Positions 40,401 through 47,914 of a DNA stretch of 64,000 bases are shown one piece after another; position 1 is the first letter of the stretch; every line of letters starts with the position of its first letter. The stretch spans positions 8,122,001 through 8,186,000 of the forward strand of contig CP075492.1 of assembly GCA_021613535.1 (NCBI GenBank). Direction: 5' to 3'. Position numbers and translations under genes: made by a program. The notes beneath the pieces are model-generated. The model was not told the DNA's origin. It saw nothing but the letters and a program-made list of their open reading frames with translations, and searched no databases. The DNA comes from Adineta vaga (taxonomy: Eukaryota > Animalia > Rotifera).

Positions 40401-43400
40401 ACGCATTCCGAAAGGAAAAGCGTGTGAACAGCTCATTCCGAAAGGAAAAGTAGCGAATGAAGGAATTAGCAATGCCAGTTCGGAACATCGACAGACAACA
40501 ACAACAGACAACACCGAGCACAAATGTCGAAACTGTTCACAACGATTCGTCGCAAAGAACGATTTATTCAAACACCTGCGTGAACAATGTTATCCTGATG
40601 AAATACGGGAACAAATTGGAAAATTAACTTCACATATTTCCGACGATACGCAACGAAACAAGATCACGAATGTCCTATGGAGATACGGAAATTTATTCGA
40701 TCTTCGACAACCATCAAAGATTGACATTATTTTGAAGAATGCAATCGACACAGGTATTCATAGACCAGTACATACTCCACCATATCGCAAATCCAACAGA
40801 GACCAAGAAACATTACGTGAAGAAACACAAAAACTACTGGAAAATGATATTATTGAACATTCAACGTCGCCATGGTCATCACCTGTAGTACTAGTTAAAA
40901 AGAAAGATGGAACAACAAGATTTTGTGTAGATTATCGTCGACTCAATCAAATTACAACTAAAGATGCTTTTCCATTACCACGAATTGATGATATTTATGA
41001 TCAATTAACCCAAGCAACATATTTTAGCAAATTTGATTTCAAAGCAGGTTATTTTCAAGTACCATTAGACAAAGCCGATCGACCAAAAACAGCATTTTCT
41101 ACAAGAGATGGTCATTTCCAATTCAAAGTATTACCACAAGGACTTACAAATGGACCACCAACTTTTCAACGAATTGTCAATCAAATACTCGGTCCGAATC
41201 GATGGAAGCACATGTTGGCATACATCGATGATATTATAATATATTCACGAACATTTCTTGAACATGTACAACATATTGAAGAAGTATGTTCATTATTGCA
41301 TGACGCAAATTTCAAGTTAAATATAGTAAAATGTGAAATCGCACGTACAGAAATATTATTTCTCGGACACATCATCAAGCAAGGTACAATTCAACCAGAT
41401 CCAGAAAACATCCGTGATTTAGCAGATGTTCGTGAACCAACATCAGCAGAAGAGGCATTCCGATTCGTCAAAGCTGCGGAATATTATCGCAAATTCATTC
41501 CAAAATTCTCGATCATTGCAGCACCACTACACAAATATTCACCAACAACATTACAACAGCAGAAGAATAACAAGAAAACAAAATTCGAAATAACAGAAGA
41601 AGCACGAACAGCATTTCATCAACTGAAGCACATCTTAACAACGGATCTTATCCTCAATTTACCTGATGATGATATGCAATTTAAATTACAAACGGATGCA
41701 AGTGTCGATGGAATTGGTGCTGTTCTATTACAAATTACACCAAACGGTGATCGACCACTAGCATACATGTCGAAGAAATTAACCAAAACACAAATTAACT
41801 GGCCTACCATCGAACAAGAATGTTATGCAATTGTTCAAGCTGTGGAGAAATGGGACAAATATCTTCGTGGACAGGAATTTATTTTAGAAACAGATCATGA
41901 ACCATTAGTCCACTTCAACAACAAAGAACAACTGAACAAAAGGTGTGAACGTTGGCGATTGCGACTAGCTGAATATCGATTCAAGGTGAAGCATATACAA
42001 GGTAAGAAGAATAATATGGCAGATTATTTATCTAGATCACCGGTGGAAATAGCTCATGAAGATAACGACGACCGACTTCAATATGAAACGAAATCAACAC
42101 AAACAGAAACATCATCACCAACGTCCAACCATGAACATCCACCTGTACGAATAATCACAGCTATTACACGAGCTCAAGCAAAATTACAACAGCAGAATGA
42201 GCTCATCCCGCAAGGGAAAGAAGCGAAAACTCAATCGGAGGATGATCCGAATCGGATCATACCCTTCGATTTGGACGATCTCAGGGAAGCACAGGAACGA
42301 GATGATGTCGTGAAACAAATTAAAACCAACATCAACAAACAAAAGCAATATACAATAGAAGACGGATTATTATTACGAAGACAAAAATCATCAATTTTAG
42401 CAGTACCATTTGTTTCACAGGGAAGAATGCGTGCTGATATTTTGAAAATTTATCATGATACACCTGGTAATGGTGCACATTTTGGTCGTGACAAAACAGT
42501 ACGAAAAATACAAGAACGATATTACTGGCCAACAATGACAGCAGATATTGAAAATCATGTCAAATCCTGTTTACCATGTGCACAGAACAATCATCGTCGT
42601 CAAAAACCACCAGGAAAATTACAACCAATACCACCACCTGATGGAATATGGAAAGTACTTAGTATGGATTTCCATGGACCAATAAATCCAACAACACGAC
42701 GAGGTAATCGATACATTATATCATTAACCGATGTCTTATCAAAATTCGTCATAACAAAAGCAGTTCGCGATTGTTCAGCAAAAACAACAGTTGATTTCCT
42801 TACCAACGATGTTATCTTGAAATATGGAACACCAACATGCATTTTAACTGATAATGGTACTCACTTCACAGCAGAAACAACGAACAATTTACTTATGAAA
42901 CTTGGTGTCACTCATTTATATACAACAGCTTATCATCCACAAACAAATGGACAAATTGAACGTTTTAATGCAACAATGGATGGTAAAATAGCATCATTAT
43001 GCAACGAACAACGTACAGATTGGGATGAAATGTTACAATTCGTTACATTTAATTACAACACATCCATACATGCAACAACAAAACATACACCATTTGAAAT
43101 GATGCACGGTCGACAAGCTAGTCTTCCATTCGATCAACAACGGACACTTATTTCACTTACAAACGACACTGAACATGGAGAAAAACTTCGAAATTACCTG
43201 GAAAAATTAACAGATGATGCACGGAAAAATATTCATAAATCTCAGCAACAATATAAGACTCGATATGATCAACATCGACAAGAATTATCGATCAAAATTA
43301 ATGATTTAGTCCTGATTAAAACCAGAAGTTTTCGAAACAAATTCGATATTAGGTACGAAGGTCCATTTCGAATTATCGAACAATTAGGAAGAAAAACATT

Positions 43401-46400
43401 CATTGTACAACATGTGAAGAAAACAACATTAACAAAACAAGTTACAATGGATGTCATCGTTCCATTAGTAGAACGATGGAATTTACATGACTAAACACAT
43501 CCCACTAGGGAAAGGTGTAAATCGACTGTGAACATAATTGACTTCATTAAAATGTATATTTATATTTATATGAATAAAATACATGAATTTGATTTAGCAG
43601 ATCATGTCGGGGAGATAGGTTTCCCCTTCTCACTGATAAGATGGGGCTATCAAAGATATATATATATATCACATAGTCATATATGTATAAGCGACATCTA
43701 TTTTTTTCTATTCATATGAACATTTAATCGATATATCATGGCGATCACGTGCAGACGACATGATACGACGGATGATCCATATGGACGAAGCCGATTACCT
43801 TACAAGAACACGACACGGTCGATCTCACCACATCACAGAACAGGAAAGAAAAAGATGTAAACAAGATCATATAGTCATGCCACTTTCATCTATACGCGTA
43901 TATGACGACGCGAGTATTTATATATATATATATACCCAGGTCGAAAAATCCGAGCCGGATCCGGTCGGAACCAAAATATTCCGGTCATTTCATGGAAGCA
44001 GGATTCCGACCCGGATATTTTCGGATTTTTCCACTCGCTTCTGACTAACTTCCAGTAAGTTCCAGTCGGAAAACGACTGGAATTCACCAGAACAGTCCGA
44101 GAAATTCCGATCGGAATACTGCTTCCACTCTCCTTTGTTTTCCGGTTGGAACCTTTTGGAACTAGCTGAAACCGTCCGGAATATCCTCGGAAATGCGTGA
44201 TTTCTGGCAGGTTCCTTTCGGATCCGGAGGCCGGAACGTCCGTTCTGGGTATAACGGACAGGAAAGAAAGAAAAAAGGACAACAAAGGAATGAAAAATTT
44301 TAGGAAACGAAAAACAAAAGCATGGAAAATTACGAAGAAAAACAGAAGAAAGAAGAACGAAAGGATAACCTTTCACCGGAGTGACCGTCGCCAGACTATC
44401 AAGTAAATCACTTTATTTACTTTATTTATTTTCTAATAGTAGAATGCACTCAACAAAATCACCAAAATCAAGCTGGATGAGAAACCAACGACAGATGGAG
44501 AAGAATGAAGAACTTCGAGGATTACATCCCGAATATCGTCCATCAGCAAATCTCGAAATTGTCCACGTACATCATCGATCGACCATACAATCAATCGAAG
44601 AATTAATAAAAAAGGCAATACAAACAAGAAGATTCGTCGTCGATACAGAATCTCAATGGAAAATATTACGAAAAGGTGAACCTCGAACAAATGGAGCTTT
44701 GATCCAAATCCAGATGATACATTCACCAAGCAAGTCAACAGTGGTCCTCATCGAAACATGTTATCTACCAGGCACAACATCAACGTTATACAAGAAAATC
44801 AAACAATTGTGTGACACCATCTTCGACAACAACAATGAAATTATCACATGGGGACCAATCGAGCAAAAATTTGAGCCTTTTCATCATTTAAATTTCATTC
44901 ATTTAGGAGCAATTCGTGAATGTGACTTGCAATTCTACATTAGCAATCCAAGTCAAATTTATGATTCGCATCCAGAAATGGAAAGGCGAGAGACAACCGG
45001 AAATGTGTCGATGGAAATCAACACACCTGGTGATGAACTTATCGTCCATGTGGACGAGGATGATTTGTGGAACTTCGACGATAATCTCGGTAATTTTCGA
45101 AAAAAAGAAAAATTGAATCCACCTTTAGGTTTACAAGCCGTCGTGGCCGAAAACTTCAACAAATTTCTGGACAAATCGTACACAAAAAATGAATGGAACT
45201 GTGGATTAGATCTTCATTTAGGAACATGGCAAGAAAAACGATTTAGCAAAGGTCAATATGATAAATATCAAGAACAACAAGAACGTACAGAAATGATACG
45301 ATATGCCGTCAACGATTGTGCATCGGTTGCTGAACTTTACTTTGAAAAATATCCGGAAACAACGAACGATTACTTGACACCACCAGAAACGCCAACAACA
45401 ACAATCATTCAAATTTCACACCTGAACACAATCTCCTCTTCGAATGAACAAGAATTAAGTCAACGATCAAAATCAAATCATGGTGAGACATTGACTAAAA
45501 AAGAAATATATTTAGATCGACCAGATTTGTTATTCAAAATGAACGAAGATGAACTTGTACAATTTCAACAACCAGTATTCGACAAAGTGGAAGAACCAGT
45601 TCAACAAGCACAACAACCAGTTCCACAACAATTTCAACGAACACCTGAAGAAGAACATCAAAAGAAGAAAGAAAGACAAAGGAAGAAGAACGAAAAATAC
45701 AAGGAGAAGAAAAGAACTCGTCCAGATTTTATAAATCGTCTAACAAGACCCATCTACTACAAATACAACTACCAAAAAATTCGAGCTCAACTGATAGACG
45801 ATGAAATACATCACACACATCAAATCAACATTAATGAAGACAAAGATGCAGTGACGATCAACTTCAAGTCCCGAGAGTTACTTGAAGCAGCAAGAACAAA
45901 AATGCGGGTGAATTATTTTTCAGAAAATCAATACTACAGGAGATGGGGAAGAAGAAAAGAAGAAAAAAAGAAGAATTAGTGGTGGTGGTGATTCACATGT
46001 GTGAGGACACACGATCTCATACTGGTGGGGAAGAATGTTAACGTAGCAGCTCTCGGAATTCTATCTTTTTCTCTCTCTCTCTCTATCTACCTTGTTATCT
46101 TTGTTTTCTATTCTTCTATACATATATATATATATGTGTGTTCTTGTATGAAGAGGTTAGTTAGGTTTTTATTTTATATAAATAAACATCGTCAGCTCGA
46201 ATACGAGCTAACACATATGATTTGTGAGATCTATGCATTGATCAACTATTCAAAAGTATGATTGTCTCTCATACTCTTCTCAACTTGTTTTTTTTCCTTG
46301 ATCGATTTTCATCAATCATTCTCACTGACCTTTCCAACAACTTATTCATAATTCACTATCGATATTTGCACCCTTAGAATTATAGTTCAAAAGATCTGTA

Positions 46401-47914
46401 CGAAAAAGTACACTAAACAATCAGATTACCATTTGAATAAGAACTTGGCACAGAGGATGCACTTGTTGGAATGATGCTCGATGATGCTGTTACTAAAAAA
46501 GGATAAAAGCAATTGTTTATCAATATCGAAATGAGAATGAGAGTGTGATTAACATACCAGTAGCAGTTGTTGTTGTAGTTGACGTTCCATCTACAATAAA
46601 TAAACTTGCCTTTAATTGTCATATTAAGATCGCTGATAAAGACAGATCTAACTGATGAACTATCTAAGCTATTCTCATTTGGAATATACAAATAGTTCTA
46701 TTCTAATAAACAAAGTCTCAATCAAGTCTGAACAGTATCTTGCAGAGAAATAATTGTACTTACTACAAACATTTGTTGATATAAGAAATTTTTGAACTCG
46801 ATTGTTATCTCGATCAGTGATAAATATGTTTCCATAAGTATCGAAACTGAAACTCGATGGACTATCTAATTGAGAAGATGATGAGCCACTTCCACTGCAT
46901 CCCAACACGCAGCGAAAACCATACGGTCCAGAACCAACAACCCGAAAATTCTCGCTATCGAGAATAAAAAGATAACCATCAGCATCAAGTGCTACATCTG
47001 TAGGCGAATTGAGTGTAATAGTTCCTGCAGCTGAAGCACCTGCTACAGCTGTTCCAGTCAGTTGACCATATGCATACAATTGAATTCGATGATTGCCTGA
47101 ATCCGCAAGATATAAATTCAGATTGATATCAACAAAGATTCCGCGTGGATAACAGACTGTTGTCGTTGTGGATCCGCAAGCAGCTGTACCTGCTACAATG
47201 CTCCAAAGATTTAAACGATTAGTCAGTGAATTGCTGGAAACTTGATGATTATCATACATAGAACAGTAAAGATTATTATTCGTATCAATGAAGAGATCAT
47301 AACATGTTCCACATGTATACAACGCTGGGATGCTGTCAGTAGAATTCGTTTGCCATCGATCAACTCTATTATTTGTTTGGCCATTGTCAACAAAAATATC
47401 ACCATTATCAGTGGCAAACACACTATATGGAAGATTTAAACCACTCGAAAGATTTCGAATAGATGTTGTACTTCCTTCTAACCACACATGAACTCGACTG
47501 GATTCGCGATTTGCTATATAAACGGTATTGTTGGAGTTGACAAAAATACCATTAGGAGTTGAGCCAACAATTGTATTTGTTGCAAATGTTAAGGCCGTTG
47601 CATTCCATGATGCATTCGGACAAAATTTTGGTTGATTGTACGAGATAGCTGAAAAAGAAAAAAATGACAATTTTCGCTCTAAACAAATTACTCATATCAA
47701 TCTTTTCTAACTGATCCATTTCTCTCCTCATATTTGTCTCTCATGAGAATTGTTCAGTACAAATCTCTCGACAAAAACTATGACTATTATCAGCAACATC
47801 TATCTCATTTTGACAATGAAAACAAGAAAACACAATCTTTCAAAGATACTTACCAACTGCTCCATCAATAATCAACAAAAAACACCAGAAAGTGAGATGA
47901 TGAAATCTTGCCAT
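25414..47914 (-). CDS. Polycystin-1-like (PKD1L/LOV-1 type) receptor: signal peptide, 4 NHL-repeat propellers, Ser/Thr stalk, REJ, GAIN/GPS, PLAT and polycystin channel domains
   Basis: Signal exon 47914-47854 (MARFHHLTFWCFLLIIDGAV). NHL exons 47648-46764, 37676-36786, 36570-35683, 35607-34714, all phase 1-1. S/T exon 34581-33793. REJ motifs LDPGSYSVDPD and NQSPSNGSC...CPNWYDEDG. GPS CYYLDE...W...ECLSNHLTTFAGG. PLAT FTGQRTNAGT...IRIWHDNSG. Also DGHLWFSIFSRPPSNRFTRVQR, YRGGGY...WIDSKTRAVF and LSMFLSIINDSF. Last exon 25467-25414 ends in TGA. Confidence 0.88.
33793..34470 (-). repeat. Ser/Thr-rich mucin-like coding repeat with a near-exact internal duplication offset by 156 bp
   Basis: Block acgtggtggtagacgtcgtagtagacgtgctgaatgagg... 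starts at both 34141 and 34297. It encodes repeated TSSSTSTSTSTSTSSTTSSTTSSTSTISSSTSTTSFSTST. Confidence 0.85.
38079..38256 (+). repeat. 5' LTR (178 bp)
   Basis: Identical by eye to 46036-46213. TG...CA ends; contains (CT)n and (AT)n tracts and TATATAAATAAA (overlapping TATA-like and poly(A) signals). Confidence 0.96.
38260..38271 (+). promoter_or_regulatory. Primer-binding site, tRNA-His type
   Basis: TGGTGCCGTGAC lies 3 nt after the 5' LTR and is complementary to the conserved 3' end of tRNA-His (...GUCACGGCACCA). Confidence 0.85.
38627..39625 (+). CDS. gag: Gag with retrotransposon capsid region and two CCHC zinc knuckles
   Basis: First ATG at 38627. KLTGSALRWY...LRDRF...QLRQ capsid motifs; CLICNRTNHSTMQC and CFRCGQSNHRIRDC. 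Confidence 0.93.
   Translation: MTKDTALNNTSTNETHSDDTMTKNTSMLMGATKNTSTDVNPMELRQLHSSQQEAMKKINEYSGESNELDIDEWLYDLTNLFSLMQLQDETKILLTMGKLTGSALRWYQGNLTSFGDWKEAEEALRDRFKTFTSDGQLVQEFFQLRQEEDQSTTAFYDMVMRKYRKASGLVTEKQIITVLQAGVKHSLKEQLIRNEVNISKPEEWLLMAREEEHIQRRIQQRNTPPRAATQIPYFESTLPTATIQQSSSHRRYAQQHAGGNQQEYQPYERRSSTVRQQPNNRRNTTQRSKPCLICNRTNHSTMQCFYKKEDGCFRCGQSNHRIRDCPQRYFFE
39598..43494 (+). CDS. pol: Pol polyprotein: aspartic protease, zinc finger, reverse transcriptase, RNase H, integrase
   Basis: LIDTGS protease; SPWSSPVVLVKKKDG, RFCVDYRRLN and YIDD RT; QTDAS...EQEC...TDH RNase H; H-H-CLPC zinc domain and SMDF/TDNG/GQIERFN integrase. No stops or frameshifts. Confidence 0.97.
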   Translation: MSATLFFRVKGSVDGDDPCGLQKSSSSTTTSTSSLTTTTETYNPIFVKILCNNTPQEALIDTGSAITIIHKRLLNKIPHKQFIPRLKNHLSASCSAVNIIGEVTLFINIEGITTQVTADVATNLVTNLILGSDWIQTNNVYILTPEKRIMMKKRGREVSTPFIKPPILNYPATLVNYITLSPFSEHIIEAQLQQEKIVDALFEPNPHLQRKALFMACTLLNINDGKATISIINATNRRQTLSEGTRIGMVTQMANSVNLIVPSNHPDERIPKGKACEQLIPKGKVANEGISNASSEHRQTTTTDNTEHKCRNCSQRFVAKNDLFKHLREQCYPDEIREQIGKLTSHISDDTQRNKITNVLWRYGNLFDLRQPSKIDIILKNAIDTGIHRPVHTPPYRKSNRDQETLREETQKLLENDIIEHSTSPWSSPVVLVKKKDGTTRFCVDYRRLNQITTKDAFPLPRIDDIYDQLTQATYFSKFDFKAGYFQVPLDKADRPKTAFSTRDGHFQFKVLPQGLTNGPPTFQRIVNQILGPNRWKHMLAYIDDIIIYSRTFLEHVQHIEEVCSLLHDANFKLNIVKCEIARTEILFLGHIIKQGTIQPDPENIRDLADVREPTSAEEAFRFVKAAEYYRKFIPKFSIIAAPLHKYSPTTLQQQKNNKKTKFEITEEARTAFHQLKHILTTDLILNLPDDDMQFKLQTDASVDGIGAVLLQITPNGDRPLAYMSKKLTKTQINWPTIEQECYAIVQAVEKWDKYLRGQEFILETDHEPLVHFNNKEQLNKRCERWRLRLAEYRFKVKHIQGKKNNMADYLSRSPVEIAHEDNDDRLQYETKSTQTETSSPTSNHEHPPVRIITAITRAQAKLQQQNELIPQGKEAKTQSEDDPNRIIPFDLDDLREAQERDDVVKQIKTNINKQKQYTIEDGLLLRRQKSSILAVPFVSQGRMRADILKIYHDTPGNGAHFGRDKTVRKIQERYYWPTMTADIENHVKSCLPCAQNNHRRQKPPGKLQPIPPPDGIWKVLSMDFHGPINPTTRRGNRYIISLTDVLSKFVITKAVRDCSAKTTVDFLTNDVILKYGTPTCILTDNGTHFTAETTNNLLMKLGVTHLYTTAYHPQTNGQIERFNATMDGKIASLCNEQRTDWDEMLQFVTFNYNTSIHATTKHTPFEMMHGRQASLPFDQQRTLISLTNDTEHGEKLRNYLEKLTDDARKNIHKSQQQYKTRYDQHRQELSIKINDLVLIKTRSFRNKFDIRYEGPFRIIEQLGRKTFIVQHVKKTTLTKQVTMDVIVPLVERWNLHD
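39613..39652 (+). promoter_or_regulatory. Predicted -1 ribosomal frameshift signal
   Basis: Slippery heptamer T TTT TTC (39613-39619) in the gag frame, a 6-nt spacer, then stem agggatcg (39626-39633) / cgatcctt (39645-39652). pol is in the -1 frame. Confidence 0.75.
43935..44249. mobile_element. MITE-like non-autonomous element (~315 bp) nested in the LTR element
   Basis: Relatively GC-rich, CCGG-rich island. Left end cccaggtcgaaaaatccgagccggatccg; reverse complement of right end cccagaacggacgttccggcctccggatccg (imperfect TIR). Flanked by TATA on both sides, at the end of a (TA)n tract. Confidence 0.65.
44444..45979 (+). CDS. ORF3: DEDDy (RNase D/WRN-like) 3'-5' exonuclease-like protein with basic C-terminal region
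   Basis: First ATG at 44444. ExoI FVVDTESQ, then ALIQIQ; GLQAVVAENFNKFLDKS...NEW; ExoIII MIRYAVNDC (YxxxD). The ExoII acidic residue is not clear (WGPIEQKF). No signal peptide or TM segment. Confidence 0.8.
   Translation: MHSTKSPKSSWMRNQRQMEKNEELRGLHPEYRPSANLEIVHVHHRSTIQSIEELIKKAIQTRRFVVDTESQWKILRKGEPRTNGALIQIQMIHSPSKSTVVLIETCYLPGTTSTLYKKIKQLCDTIFDNNNEIITWGPIEQKFEPFHHLNFIHLGAIRECDLQFYISNPSQIYDSHPEMERRETTGNVSMEINTPGDELIVHVDEDDLWNFDDNLGNFRKKEKLNPPLGLQAVVAENFNKFLDKSYTKNEWNCGLDLHLGTWQEKRFSKGQYDKYQEQQERTEMIRYAVNDCASVAELYFEKYPETTNDYLTPPETPTTTIIQISHLNTISSSNEQELSQRSKSNHGETLTKKEIYLDRPDLLFKMNEDELVQFQQPVFDKVEEPVQQAQQPVPQQFQRTPEEEHQKKKERQRKKNEKYKEKKRTRPDFINRLTRPIYYKYNYQKIRAQLIDDEIHHTHQININEDKDAVTINFKSRELLEAARTKMRVNYFSENQYYRRWGRRKEEKKKN
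46024..46035 (+). promoter_or_regulatory. Polypurine tract
   Basis: ggtggggaagaa immediately precedes the 3' LTR. Confidence 0.8.
46036..46213 (+). repeat. 3' LTR (178 bp)
   Basis: Identical by eye to 38079-38256 and followed by CATAT. Confidence 0.96.

Larger units (their letters stand above)
38079..46213 (+). mobile_element. Intact Ty3/gypsy (Metaviridae) LTR retrotransposon, 8135 bp, with a third ORF; antisense inside a polycystin intron
   Basis: Two 178-bp LTRs (TGTTA...TAACA), 5-bp target duplication CATAT at 38074-38078 and 46214-46218, PBS, PPT, gag, pol in PR-RT-RH-IN order, and ORF3. Confidence 0.97.

Noticed and set aside
43760-44406. Several 69-131 aa ORFs between pol and ORF3
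   Set aside because: They arise from the stop-poor MITE-like insert, have no motifs and overlap in conflicting frames.
44381-45979. ORF3 as an env gene
   Set aside because: No signal peptide, fusion peptide or TM anchor; DEDDy motifs are present instead.
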